Source of the DNA: Patescibacteria group bacterium
GTDB taxonomy: Bacteria > Patescibacteriota > Patescibacteriia > UBA10025 > JAHIVO01
NCBI GenBank assembly: GCA_041660605.1
Contig: JBAZWB010000001.1
Span: 73,295 to 137,294, forward strand
Direction of reading: 5' to 3'
DNA: 64,000 nt
Below are positions 41,301-51,332 of the stretch, one piece after another (positions within the stretch are counted from its first letter, which is position 1; each line of letters starts with the position of its first letter). Both the position numbers and the translations under genes were made by a program. The notes below the pieces were generated by a model. The model was not told where the DNA came from, did not search any database, and was given only the letters and a program-made list of their open reading frames with translations.

Positions 41301-44300
41301 CTTTATTCGGAAACAAATATAAATACGGAAGCTGGCGGAGAAACCAGCATGACGCTTGACGCAATTTCAAACGGCGCCTGGACCAGTGAAGCGCCGGCAC
41401 CGGTGACCATCGGAGCGGGCAGCTCAATAATTTATGGCGGCACCAACACGTTGTATACGTTGCGTGCGGCAAATCCGGGGACTCTTTATAAATATAACAC
41501 GGCAACCAAAATTTATACCACATTAACTGGTTATGGCTCACAGGTCAGCGCCGGTTCGAGCATGGTCTATGTGCCAGTTGGAGTGACTGATGGATGTACG
41601 GATATACTTGGATGCATATTTGCCACCCGAGGTGGCAGTCAGACGACTTTTCAGCGTTTTGACCCGTCTACCGGCGCGACCGGCACCTGGAGCGCCTTAA
41701 CTGCCCTGACTCTGGGTTCAGGGGCAGGCAGCTCATTAGCCTATGATAATAATGACACTATTTATTACCATGCTGGCTATGTTTCTCCATATAATAAATT
41801 TTATAAATACACCATTTCCACCGGCGAATGGTCTGCTCTTTCTGACACTCCCCAGTTGGTAACGACTGGCGGAACCATGTCTTTTGTGCCGCAGGGTGAT
41901 TATTGCGCAGCTGACGGCGGTTGTATCTATATGACCAGGGGTAATACGGATGTTGAGCTGATGCAATATACGGCCAGCGGCGGCTGGGTTTATAAAGCCA
42001 ACGCGCCAGCCACATTCGGCGATGGCGCGTCGACGCGTTATGGCAATGATGGATATATTTATTTGCTCAGGGGCAATTATGCCAATGATTTTTATCGCTA
42101 TGATGTTTTGAATGATCAATGGGAATCAATGCCTGATACGCCCACCATGATTTACCAGGGGAGCGAACAGGGACTTGGCTTTGATCCTGTAAACCGGATA
42201 TTGTATGCCTATCGCGGGTATAGTGAATATTCTTTATTTGCCTATTATCTGGAGCGGGGCGATTGGCGCCGGACGAGGAGTATTCCCAATTATTATTCAT
42301 CAAATGGTTTTGAATACGGATCCGTAGCCTATGATGGCGACGCGGACATTCTTTATGTTATCCGCGGACAACAGCAGACGTCCGGCATCACTGGCGGTCC
42401 GGTGGATTTTTGGGCGTATGAATTATCCACGAACACTTGGACGAAAAAAGCTAATGTACCGCATGCTGTTTGGGGAGGCGGCGACCTGGTTTATGTTAAT
42501 CACTCTGACGCAGCTTATGATGGCCTTTATTATTTAGTCGGCAATGAATCTCTGGCTGATCAGGTAGGTTATTTTTACCGTTATAATATATTATCAGATA
42601 CCTGGATCCGTTTGCCGAATACGCCGGCTGAACCCGGGCAGGGTGCGACAATGGTGTGGGACGGGACCAATACTTTGTACGCTTCCCAGGGCGGTTCAAC
42701 CACCTATTGGAAATACACAATTGATGACGGAGCTGGCGAGGGGACATGGGCGGCCGTAGCGGAAACCGTCCCGGCTGCACCAGGTGATGGCGCTTGTGCT
42801 GTGAAAGTTTCCGTAGGGGATCCGGCAGTTGACTACATCTATCTCGTGCAATCCGGCAATACCCAGCAGATTTTCAGGTTTAGAATTTCCACGGAAGACT
42901 GGCAGGATGTATTGCCTGACCACACAGAGGGCAATTTGCGCTATGCCAGGGCTTGCGCTCCGGATGGCCAGGGTAATATTTTGATTCCCAAAGGCAACAG
43001 CACCACATCGATGTATGTTTTCAATACAAATACATCCACCTGGGGCACAACCAGGAGCACGCTTTCGTATTATTCTGAAGGAGATATGGCAAAAACTGAC
43101 GAGAACGTTATTTTAGGCTTCAGTGGCTTGGATACCAGTGCTATGGACAGATATGTTGTGGCTGTTTCCGGCGAAACCGGATTTGCCCAGACTGGCACTT
43201 GGACATCGGGCATTACTGATTTCGGCGCCGGGCTATATGGTTATGATGGCTTGAAAGTTAATGTTACAGACGCAACCAACACTACGGTGGACATTGAAAC
43301 CCGGACCTGCAGTGATGACGGTTGTAGTGATGATTTAAATGATGCTCATTGGGAGGCATGGACGGAGGTTGCCGATGCGCGTCAGTACGGCAGTACTGAT
43401 TACTATCATATTGCTTCAACACCAGCGCGTTATGCCCAGGTCAGGATTAGCATAACTTCCGATCAGTTATATACGCCGACTATTAATGATATCACTTGGA
43501 ATTATTATACTGACGGCACCGCTCCTAGCAATCCAGCGTCGGTAGACGGCTATACTGACAGCGGTATGGGTACGGGCATTAATGACGATACCTGGACCAA
43601 TGATGCCACGCCTTACTTTAACTGGACGGCTTCTGATAATGCCGGCGGCATCGGGATTGACGGTTTCTATGTGTACTTCGGCAATGATGGCACTAAAGAC
43701 CCGGTAGATGACGCTGCTGATCCCACTAATCTCGCCTATGCCAGCGGTACTAATTATTATAGCGCGGTCAGCGGCACCAATGGTTCTTGGAATGCGACAA
43801 CGCAGTCAGCGGCCGCGCTCACTTCAGATGAGTATTATCTTAAAATCCGCACTAAGGACCGCAATGACAATATCGCCGTTTCCAGCGATACGCTTTTTAC
43901 TTTTAAACTGGATATTTTAGCGCCTACACGCCCGGCCAGCAGTGGATTCACGGTGACACCTTCTAGCTGGACTTCCAATAATAGCTTTAGCTTTACCTGG
44001 GCGGCAGCGGCTGATACGGGCGGTTCGGGCATTCAGGAGTATTGTTATTATGTTAATGATGTGTTAATTGATTGCACTTCCGAACTCACCGTCTCGGGCA
44101 TCACTGCCCCGCAAACCAGGGAAAATACATTTTGCGTGTACACCAAAGATAACGCTGAAAACACTTCTTCAAGTTGCCGTGAGAAATCATTTTATTACGC
44201 CGGTGATGCGCCATCCGCGCCAGGCGTGATAACGGTTGATCCGGTGACTAGCGAGTTAGATCCGCTGGAAGACGTAAATCAGTTCTCTTTTAACTGGGAT

Positions 44301-47126
44301 CTCCCCAGTACCTGCCTGGGCTCAGCTGCCGGAGAATGTTCGGCTGATGATATCGACCGGTATTGCTATACTTTTAATGACGATTTACCGTCAGCCGGAA
44401 ATTGCGGTACGAACATTAATGGCACTGCCACGCCCTCGCCGGATGGCGGCTGGACGACTGACACACAAACCTCCCAGCGCTCTTTGCTGTCGTTTTCCGC
44501 GGCCAGCCAGCAGGGCCTGAATACTATCCATATCGTAGCCGCTGACCTGATCGGCAATATTGATTATGATAATTATACTTCAGCCAGTTTTTATTTCACT
44601 TCCAACGCGCCCGGAGTGCCGACCAGCGCTACAGCCACTGACACGTCTGATCGCGCTACCCAGAAATATTCAGTGGTGTTGACCTGGGACGAACCGGAGG
44701 ACTTAGGGAGCGGCGTCGATGGTTATAAAATTTATCGTTGTGAAGCTGATTGCGAGAGCCCATCGGCGGTTGATGATCCGCCGGCAAATTATACGAATAT
44801 TGCCACAGTTAATACACTTGGATACTTAGATACCAGCCTGGACAATACTATTACTTATAGTTATTTCATACGATCCGCCGGCACTGGCAATACGCAGTCA
44901 GGCAATTCCTCGGTACTCCAGATAAAGCCTGAAGGTAAGTTTAAATTCGCCCCGCTAATGAGCGGCCAGCCGACAGTGACCCCCTATATCCGTTCGGCGA
45001 TTATCGAATGGTTGACCTTGGATGACCAGGATCAATACGGCAATATCGTCAGTCATCCGGCTTCCTCGTATATTGAATACGGTGAGACTACGGGATATGG
45101 CAGCGAGGCAGGATCACCGGAAATGGCCAGCGAGCATTCCGTTACTTTGACTAATTTACAGCCTGACACGACCTACCATTATAGGGCCCGCTGGGAAGAC
45201 CAGGATAGCAATAAGGAATATTCAAGTGATTTTACCTTCGCTACTAAGGGCGCACCTTCTGCCCCGATAAATCTTGCGGTTGATCCGGAGACTAATACTG
45301 AAAACAGCTATACCTTTGCCTGGGAGGCGCCGCAGGACGAGGGCGTGACCGTGGCCGGTTATTATTATACTATTAATAATCTTCCAAATACGAACAATGT
45401 TACATACACCGAAGAGACTTCTGTAGGCCCGATTGACGCCGCTACCCAGCAGGGAAAGAATACGTTCTACGTTTTGGCGGTTGATGACGGAGGCAATTTA
45501 AGCTATGAAAATTATGCAGCAATTGAATTTGAAGCTAATACTTCGCCTCCAGGCTCTCCTCAAGCCGTAACCATTACGGATTCGTCAGACCGCGACGCTA
45601 AACGCTATTCCATAACCATTACCTGGGATCCGCCGGAGGGTTATACTATTGATGATGAGATTTATTATACAATCAGCCGCCGTGTCGCCGAGGCCGGGGC
45701 AGCTTCTGCCGCGAGTTTGCATTCAGCGACGGAAGGTGAGGACGCCGAGGGATTTGAGGAAATAGCGACTATTACTTCAACCGGTTATCTTGATACTGGG
45801 CTTGATAGCTCAACAGAATATTTTTATAAAATCACCGCCAGAGACAAAGCACAGGCTACTTCTGATTCTACGGATATTATTTCGGAAGTACCAGAAGGAC
45901 GCTTTACCCAGCCGCCGGCGATTACCGAAGCTCCAGTGGTGGCTCCTGACTCATATTCAGCTAAAGTCACCTGGCGTACGGAGCGCATAGCTTCCTCGTT
46001 CGTTGACTTCGGCACCAGCGCCAGCGATTTGAGCGAAGAGCAGGGTACCGCTGATCTGAAAGAACAGCATGAAGTGGAGGTTACCGGCCTTAAAGCAGAA
46101 ACCACCTATTATTACCGGGTAAAAAGCATTGACGTGGACGAAAATGAAGCACACTCAGAGGTAGGATCATTTAAGACTCTGGAAGCGCCGCGCGTCATGG
46201 ACCTGAAAATTTCCGATATCAGGCTTTATGACGCCATGATCAGCTGGGATACCAACAAAGAAACAACGGCGATAATTCAGTACGGCACCTCAGCGAATTA
46301 CGGCCTGACCTATACTGATGTTTCCGGATCATACGCCCTGACCCATACGGTTAAGCTTGAGAGCCTGAAAGACGAGGCAACTTATCATTTGCGCATTGCC
46401 GGCCAGGATCGGTCGGGCAATATGGTCACTTCGGATGATTACGTATTTACTACCCTGACATTTCCGGAGGTGACTGATGTTTCATATCAGAATAAATCAG
46501 AGGGGCAATCAGAAATTTTTTGGAAAACCAATGTCCCCACTACTTCGGAAGTTGAATACTACAGCGAGAATATCGCGCCAAAGACCCAGGGCAATACAGC
46601 CATGGTAAAAGAGCACTCCATACTGCTGTATGGATTGGAAGACGCCACCCGGTATTTATTCAAAGTCAGAGGCTCTGATGAATTCGGCTATGAGGCGCTA
46701 TCGGAGGAGAATGAATTTACCACCCTGGAGGATACCACGCCGCCGGAAGTATACGGCGTGCAGTCGGAGTCAAATACCATCGGTTCAGGTGAGTCCTCAA
46801 AAATTCAGATAGTCGTTTCCTGGAAAACAAACGAACCGACCACTTCGCAGGTTGATTACGGAGTCGGCATGGGGTCCACGGATTTTACTGATCAGACCGA
46901 AGAAAATGCCGAACTGGTGATGGATCATCTGGTGATAATACCCGATCTGGTACCGGCCAAAACCTACCATTTCCGGGTGGTCTCCCGCGATAAGGCCGGC
47001 AATCTCACCAAATCCGGATCGCACACCGTCCTGACTTCCAGGAAAAGGGAATCGTTCCTGCAGCTGATTATTACTAATTTAGAGACAACTTTTTCCTGGC
47101 TGGGTAATATTGGGAATGCGTTTTGA
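38325..47126 (+). CDS. Giant surface protein: duplicated Kelch beta-propeller modules, Ig-like and FN3/purple-acid-phosphatase-N-like domains
   Basis: Basic N-region, TM/signal ending ALA; many Y.L.GG....F.RY.....W Kelch repeats; FN3 motifs L.P.TTYHYR; amphipathic C-terminal helix; TTG start uncertain. Confidence 0.85.
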   Translation: MQQYFWPKKPVSKLKKIKNNKKLAKNRGIYNRQFHIERPRPTRLGVFFEKLRQKLRLYKPVIVVLLVLFFGALSSFLYDKFALADSDHLTLTSETDWQAGEYYPNQLSMPVVDQGTGDASLQMAAGGVGSFDPATIAFPEQTRGRFDLAQEPTDYGADLTTDGTYLYMIIGGKQPDFFRYNPETNTWKTLADAPTSFDYGSAITYYDGFIYAIVSHHDGTYSTDDSAHLLKYDILNDTWSWLEDALGPWGRGADIEAASNGKLYAVEGEGEMAFWVFDTATGHWSNTIQQSPDLMPTYSVHSLVFSDVSVGADPVYCEGGCIYALVANSRQFNRYDIGRNEWTTGFNDVPAAIGNFTTGGAVGFDSTNDDIYIFRGGSITGGVDGVFVRYDIGSPGTWDVAQTTTQNPRRTTNYGASLVYLDGYIYSTWGGALPGIGRFTVGNGTNGSWDSIDSQIAMGTNADGLIVYVDGGTADCADASGCLFVAQGGGTAFRRYDISTRAWTAASGAGSLTTITAALGQGASMCYDGSNNIYIARGGAQNQVYEYSISGNAHTTLSIPAAAVADEGASITCFGNGNFYLLSGNNSQNIYHYCDDGADPADPACDGWQTNETIPSLAVFWGGALANDGTYVYALAGNQRGNFHRYEPGADTWASYPTIPDMPTASYYTTTMEFDGDDALYVIPGQYDKTMWRYDITGQAWSRAVDLPHRFGYSHGLALDNDNDLIYVLSGGAPNTSSTTIYKFNTESHDYIPTATWISEPLDLDFVSAWETFSATHPTDGTSSISFDIRSSDDGVSWTDWENIVNASQAESTNSLNISAISTPENRYAQIRVTLTSDNTNTPALEDISLYYTKDSTDPANPAAAGYDTSDKVTTLASGTTYFYSNPYFELSGATDTGGSGVVGYYVALVTAADSAFDPSTSEDYYQTGATYQTTADRNGNSIVDGTYYLKVATKDRAGNISSAQSLFTYVYNGIDAAATKVWTDKASFEESLYSETNINTEAGGETSMTLDAISNGAWTSEAPAPVTIGAGSSIIYGGTNTLYTLRAANPGTLYKYNTATKIYTTLTGYGSQVSAGSSMVYVPVGVTDGCTDILGCIFATRGGSQTTFQRFDPSTGATGTWSALTALTLGSGAGSSLAYDNNDTIYYHAGYVSPYNKFYKYTISTGEWSALSDTPQLVTTGGTMSFVPQGDYCAADGGCIYMTRGNTDVELMQYTASGGWVYKANAPATFGDGASTRYGNDGYIYLLRGNYANDFYRYDVLNDQWESMPDTPTMIYQGSEQGLGFDPVNRILYAYRGYSEYSLFAYYLERGDWRRTRSIPNYYSSNGFEYGSVAYDGDADILYVIRGQQQTSGITGGPVDFWAYELSTNTWTKKANVPHAVWGGGDLVYVNHSDAAYDGLYYLVGNESLADQVGYFYRYNILSDTWIRLPNTPAEPGQGATMVWDGTNTLYASQGGSTTYWKYTIDDGAGEGTWAAVAETVPAAPGDGACAVKVSVGDPAVDYIYLVQSGNTQQIFRFRISTEDWQDVLPDHTEGNLRYARACAPDGQGNILIPKGNSTTSMYVFNTNTSTWGTTRSTLSYYSEGDMAKTDENVILGFSGLDTSAMDRYVVAVSGETGFAQTGTWTSGITDFGAGLYGYDGLKVNVTDATNTTVDIETRTCSDDGCSDDLNDAHWEAWTEVADARQYGSTDYYHIASTPARYAQVRISITSDQLYTPTINDITWNYYTDGTAPSNPASVDGYTDSGMGTGINDDTWTNDATPYFNWTASDNAGGIGIDGFYVYFGNDGTKDPVDDAADPTNLAYASGTNYYSAVSGTNGSWNATTQSAAALTSDEYYLKIRTKDRNDNIAVSSDTLFTFKLDILAPTRPASSGFTVTPSSWTSNNSFSFTWAAAADTGGSGIQEYCYYVNDVLIDCTSELTVSGITAPQTRENTFCVYTKDNAENTSSSCREKSFYYAGDAPSAPGVITVDPVTSELDPLEDVNQFSFNWDLPSTCLGSAAGECSADDIDRYCYTFNDDLPSAGNCGTNINGTATPSPDGGWTTDTQTSQRSLLSFSAASQQGLNTIHIVAADLIGNIDYDNYTSASFYFTSNAPGVPTSATATDTSDRATQKYSVVLTWDEPEDLGSGVDGYKIYRCEADCESPSAVDDPPANYTNIATVNTLGYLDTSLDNTITYSYFIRSAGTGNTQSGNSSVLQIKPEGKFKFAPLMSGQPTVTPYIRSAIIEWLTLDDQDQYGNIVSHPASSYIEYGETTGYGSEAGSPEMASEHSVTLTNLQPDTTYHYRARWEDQDSNKEYSSDFTFATKGAPSAPINLAVDPETNTENSYTFAWEAPQDEGVTVAGYYYTINNLPNTNNVTYTEETSVGPIDAATQQGKNTFYVLAVDDGGNLSYENYAAIEFEANTSPPGSPQAVTITDSSDRDAKRYSITITWDPPEGYTIDDEIYYTISRRVAEAGAASAASLHSATEGEDAEGFEEIATITSTGYLDTGLDSSTEYFYKITARDKAQATSDSTDIISEVPEGRFTQPPAITEAPVVAPDSYSAKVTWRTERIASSFVDFGTSASDLSEEQGTADLKEQHEVEVTGLKAETTYYYRVKSIDVDENEAHSEVGSFKTLEAPRVMDLKISDIRLYDAMISWDTNKETTAIIQYGTSANYGLTYTDVSGSYALTHTVKLESLKDEATYHLRIAGQDRSGNMVTSDDYVFTTLTFPEVTDVSYQNKSEGQSEIFWKTNVPTTSEVEYYSENIAPKTQGNTAMVKEHSILLYGLEDATRYLFKVRGSDEFGYEALSEENEFTTLEDTTPPEVYGVQSESNTIGSGESSKIQIVVSWKTNEPTTSQVDYGVGMGSTDFTDQTEENAELVMDHLVIIPDLVPAKTYHFRVVSRDKAGNLTKSGSHTVLTSRKRESFLQLIITNLETTFSWLGNIGNAF

Positions 47127-47242
47127 TAATTTATTCGTAAAAGATACGCAATAAATCAAAAAATTCAGCCTGAAATTTGGCGAAAATTACTGATTTATGG
47201 TATAATATTGCGCATAAAGGACATAAAACATAATAAAATTTC

Positions 47243-48076
47243 ATGCCAGAGAAAAAAAGTCGGGATAAGAGTTTGATAGATAAAAAAAGTGAGGCGACGG
47301 CTGTTAAATCATCCGGGGCGAATGAGAATCCGACAATTTCGGAAATTGGATCGCAGGCTGCGGCAGCACCCAAGGAAAAAGCCGTCATAGAAATTAAAAA
47401 CGCAGAAAAGACATTCAGTGTCGGCAGAAACGTTATTAATGTTCTTAAGAATATTAATGTTACCATCAGACAGGGAGAGTTTATCGTAATTTTGGGCCCC
47501 TCTGGCAGCGGCAAGTCGACTTTATTAAATGTCATGCTGGGTCTGGAGCCGCCGACTAAGGGCACGGTGGCAATCGAAGGAGTTGATATTACACATAAAA
47601 AGCCAAATCAAATCGCGAAAATACGTTATAAAGCTTATGGGATAGTATTCCAGCGGCCGGAATGGATTCGCTCTCTTTCGGTCTTGCAAAATGTCGCCCT
47701 GCCATTGGCCATAAACGGTATTAGTAAAAATGAAAGGGAGAAAAAAGCCCTGGAAAAACTAAAAATAGTGGGAATGGATGACCATAGCAGCTATTTCCCC
47801 ATGGAATTATCCGGCGGACAGCAGCAGAAAGTGACCATGGCCCGCGCTCTGATAAATGACGCGAATATTGTGGTAGCTGACGAGCCGACGGGGAATCTGG
47901 ACAGCAAATCAGCGGAAAAAATGATGGATCTTCTCAAATCGCTGAATGAAGAAGAAAAAAAAACCGTTTTAATGGTTACGCATAATATTGATTATGTGCG
48001 ATACGCCTCACGCACAGTCTATATTCGTGACGGACGGGTAATAGAAGGCAGCGAGCAATTCTTACAAGGCATGTAA
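47243..48076 (+). CDS. ABC transporter ATP-binding protein (LolD/MacB type)
   Basis: GPSGSGKST, LSGGQQQ, ADEPTGNLD, VTH. Confidence 0.95.
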   Translation: MPEKKSRDKSLIDKKSEATAVKSSGANENPTISEIGSQAAAAPKEKAVIEIKNAEKTFSVGRNVINVLKNINVTIRQGEFIVILGPSGSGKSTLLNVMLGLEPPTKGTVAIEGVDITHKKPNQIAKIRYKAYGIVFQRPEWIRSLSVLQNVALPLAINGISKNEREKKALEKLKIVGMDDHSSYFPMELSGGQQQKVTMARALINDANIVVADEPTGNLDSKSAEKMMDLLKSLNEEEKKTVLMVTHNIDYVRYASRTVYIRDGRVIEGSEQFLQGM

Positions 48077-48085
48077 ATTTTTCTT

Positions 48086-49336
48086 ATGAAGCTTAGTTAT
48101 ACATTTTTCCTTTCCGGCTCAAATCTGCGCCGTAGAAAATTACGCAGTTTTTTAACAATCGGCGGCATGGCGGTGGGTATTTCATTGATTGTTTTTTTGG
48201 TTTCCATCGGATTTGGTCTGCAGAGACTGATCAGAGGCCAGATCGCCAATGTGGAAGCGCTGACTATACTGGATGTTTCAAGGGGTGAATCAACCCTGCT
48301 GGAGCTGAACGATAAGGTGCTGGATGAATTCAAGAATATTGACAATGTTAATGACGTCGCGCCTTCTTTGAGCTTATCGGGCCAGCTGGCCAAAGCGGAA
48401 TCAGTAACCGACGCGGCCATTTACGGCATTGACCCTAAATTCTTATCAATGGAAGGGATTCGCTTGGCTTTTGGCGACGGTTTCAGTTTTCAGGATGCCC
48501 AGGAAATAATTGTTTCAGCCACCGCGTTGAATTTAATTGGTATGGCGAATTTTGAGCAGGAAATAGGATCAGACCTGACCCTCAAGGTGCTGGTACCGCA
48601 AAAGATTGTCGGTTCGCAGGAAGAAGAGCTGATATCAAAAGAAATAAAAGTTAAAATTGTCGGTGTTATAGTTGACGACAGTGAACTTAGCATCGCTTAT
48701 GTGCCAATGGATTTTTTAACGAGCTTGGGATTCACTCCTGATTACAGCCAGGCAAAAGTAAAAGTTTCCGATAAGCAGATAAAAGATTATACCACGGCGC
48801 GCATCAAGGTTGAGGACGAGTCCAAACTGCCGGAAGTGCGCCAGAAAATTGAAGCCATGGGCTATCAGGTTGACTCGGTGGCTGACACTGTCGGCCAGAT
48901 TGATAAGATTTTCGTAGTTTTCGAGATAGTGGCGGCGGGTTTCGGAGCGATCGCGATGTTTGTAGCCGCTATTGGTTCGCTTAATACGCTGACTGTTTCA
49001 TTATTGGAAAGAACGAGGGAAATTGGTTTAATGAAAACTTTGGGCGCCACTTCCGGCGATATTTTGAGATTATTTCTGGTGGAATCCATACTTATCGGCC
49101 TGACCGGCGGTCTGATAGGGATCGGCCTGGGTTATGGCCTGGGCAGACTGGTGAATTTCGGCATCAATTATTTGGCCAACCGGTTGGGCGGCGAAGAAGT
49201 GAATATTTTTTATACGCCGCTTTTGTTTTTAGGCGTGGTTTTAGGCATAATTGTTTTCGTCAGCATAATTACCGGCGTTTATCCGGCCAGACGGGCCGCT
49301 AAGATCAACGCCCTGGACGCCTTAAGATATGAATAG
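48086..49336 (+). CDS. ABC transporter permease (MacB/FtsX type)
   Basis: N-terminal TM, large extracellular domain, ERTREIGLMKTLGA, YPARRAAKINALDALRYE. Confidence 0.93.
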   Translation: MKLSYTFFLSGSNLRRRKLRSFLTIGGMAVGISLIVFLVSIGFGLQRLIRGQIANVEALTILDVSRGESTLLELNDKVLDEFKNIDNVNDVAPSLSLSGQLAKAESVTDAAIYGIDPKFLSMEGIRLAFGDGFSFQDAQEIIVSATALNLIGMANFEQEIGSDLTLKVLVPQKIVGSQEEELISKEIKVKIVGVIVDDSELSIAYVPMDFLTSLGFTPDYSQAKVKVSDKQIKDYTTARIKVEDESKLPEVRQKIEAMGYQVDSVADTVGQIDKIFVVFEIVAAGFGAIAMFVAAIGSLNTLTVSLLERTREIGLMKTLGATSGDILRLFLVESILIGLTGGLIGIGLGYGLGRLVNFGINYLANRLGGEEVNIFYTPLLFLGVVLGIIVFVSIITGVYPARRAAKINALDALRYE

Positions 49337-50006
49337 AAATATGAGCGAAAAAAATAATTATTATTTAAGGAAAAAAAGGAGAGTAATCGGCGATATTATT
49401 CAGGCAGCGGAAGTAAAAAATGAAAAAGCCTGGGTGGCCATACATAAATCATCCAAAAATGAGATGGCTACTTATGAAAGCCAGGGATTGATAGTTTCCA
49501 TCAATGGCAGCGGTACTCTGAATACCAGCCACCCTGATTGCCTGGAAGCCAGCCGTTTAGCTGATTATATTGCCAGACAAGGTGGTATAATAATGAATGG
49601 AGGCAGATCTTCGGGGATTATGGAAGCCTCATCAAAAATGGCAGGCAAGAACAGTCTGGGGATCATTTTTCCGGAAATCAAGAAAGAAATAAACTCTTAC
49701 GGCGAGAAAGCAATAGTGAATTCCCCGCAACCGCGGAATGAACTGCTGGCGACCTGCGCTCCGGCCATAGTCATATTTCGCGGCGGACTGGGAACGCTGA
49801 TGGTGCTCTTGCGCTCAATTGTCCACGTCAAGGACATGAAATACCATCCCTTGCAGCTGCCCCAGATAATTTTCGTCAGTAATTACTGGATCGGACTTTT
49901 GACCGCTTTGCTGAATATGGGCACGCTGCCGCGTGAATTCCTGGTAACGCTGAATTTTTTTGATAAAGCTGAGCAAGTTATAGAGAAATTACCCGCTATA
50001 AAATAA
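49329..50006 (+). CDS. LOG/SLOG family protein, degenerate motif
   Basis: SINGSG, MNGGRSSGIMEA, RGGLGTL. Confidence 0.75.
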   Translation: MNRNMSEKNNYYLRKKRRVIGDIIQAAEVKNEKAWVAIHKSSKNEMATYESQGLIVSINGSGTLNTSHPDCLEASRLADYIARQGGIIMNGGRSSGIMEASSKMAGKNSLGIIFPEIKKEINSYGEKAIVNSPQPRNELLATCAPAIVIFRGGLGTLMVLLRSIVHVKDMKYHPLQLPQIIFVSNYWIGLLTALLNMGTLPREFLVTLNFFDKAEQVIEKLPAIK

Positions 50007-50011
50007 ATAAA

Positions 50012-50467
50012 ATGAAAAACACTAAAAAAATTATTCTAATAGTTGCGCTGATTATTATCCTGGCCATTATCGGAGGAATTTATTTTTTTCTGACCAGAGT
50101 GAAGGATGTAAATGTGAATACAAGCGCCCAGGCTAATATTAATTCTGCAACTAACAATGCAAATATTGAAACCAATGAAAATGTTAATCAGCCTCCAACC
50201 CTGAATACCAACCAGGAAATAGAAGTATCGGGTAAGATTCTGGTAAAAGGATATGATACGCCAAGTGAATCTTACGGAATTTTTACCACAGACAGGCTTG
50301 AAATCGGACTGGGCAAGTATGATTCCATGAAAGAGCAGTTCCGCCAGTACATCGGGGAAAATATTAAGGTCAATTTCAGCAGCGTCTGCCGCAGCGGCAT
50401 AGAGGATTGCTGCCGTACCCTGTTTTATTACTGCGGAACCGTGAAATCCTGGGAACCATTAGAATAA
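50012..50467 (+). CDS. Membrane-anchored protein with Asn-rich linker and small Cys-rich domain
   Basis: N-terminal TM, NxN-rich stalk, C-terminal C....CC...YC. Confidence 0.7.
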   Translation: MKNTKKIILIVALIIILAIIGGIYFFLTRVKDVNVNTSAQANINSATNNANIETNENVNQPPTLNTNQEIEVSGKILVKGYDTPSESYGIFTTDRLEIGLGKYDSMKEQFRQYIGENIKVNFSSVCRSGIEDCCRTLFYYCGTVKSWEPLE

Positions 50468-50472
50468 AAATT

Positions 50473-50691
50473 ATGCCAGAAGAGCAAAAAGAATTCATTT
50501 CGCAGGTTTCCCACAGCTTAAAAGGCCCGCTGACCACCATGCATCTGTATTCTGAAGCGCTTTTGTCCGGCAGTGTGGGCAAGCTGACGGATGAGCAGAA
50601 GGAATACGTCAACGAAATTCACCAGGCCAGCCAAAAAATGGTAAAAATGGTGAATGACTTGGCAGGCGAAGCAAAGAAAAAATTAGAATAA
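50473..50691 (+). CDS. Stand-alone HisKA (DHp) domain protein, 72 aa
   Basis: EFISQVSHSLKGPLT H-box ... MVNDL; no sensor or HATPase domain; start ATG 50473. Confidence 0.75.
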   Translation: MPEEQKEFISQVSHSLKGPLTTMHLYSEALLSGSVGKLTDEQKEYVNEIHQASQKMVKMVNDLAGEAKKKLE

Positions 50692-50699
50692 AAAATAGT

Positions 50700-51287
50700 A
50701 TGGCTGCTGAAGCGAATAGAGTATCAAAAAAATGGCCACGAATACTAATTATTTTTTTAGTAACAGTTTTTTATTTAGTCGTTCTGATTGGCATAAAACA
50801 TTTTCAGTCAAATTGGCTTGTCCATTCATGCACCACTGCTTCGGATTGCAGCGGCGATAGTGTATGCGAGGTAAATCCAGATGACACTGAAATGGTTAAA
50901 ACTGATTCAGATCTTGTATCGATATCCTTTAGGCTTAACCCTGGTGCGCATGGGTTTTGTAATAGTTATTCCAACACGGGTTATTTCGTTGAATCAAATG
51001 GCGAAGTGTGGTCGGGTTCTTCCGATTCATTCAGGCAGCCGCCAGTCGGTTATTTTTTAATTGGCGGGTATTTATTTGCTTTATTTTTTATAGTATTATT
51101 TATCATTTTTATAACTTCATTTATCCATTTTTTTACAAAAAAATCAGAGTTGCATAAGGAAGCCATAACCCCTGAAATGCAAAAAACCCTTGATTCGGAT
51201 ATTTTGCATTATAGGAAAAGAGTAATCAGGCAGGCAGTATATCTTGCTTTAGCCGCTGCTGGCATTGCAGGCTTAGCCTTACTTTAA
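50700..51287 (+). CDS. Membrane protein with Cys-rich extracellular loop
   Basis: Three hydrophobic segments; CTTASDCSGDSVC motif. Confidence 0.7.
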   Translation: MAAEANRVSKKWPRILIIFLVTVFYLVVLIGIKHFQSNWLVHSCTTASDCSGDSVCEVNPDDTEMVKTDSDLVSISFRLNPGAHGFCNSYSNTGYFVESNGEVWSGSSDSFRQPPVGYFLIGGYLFALFFIVLFIIFITSFIHFFTKKSELHKEAITPEMQKTLDSDILHYRKRVIRQAVYLALAAAGIAGLALL

Positions 51288-51332
51288 TTTTATTGGGAAA
51301 ATAATCTGAGCATCATTTAATTTTGAAATCAT

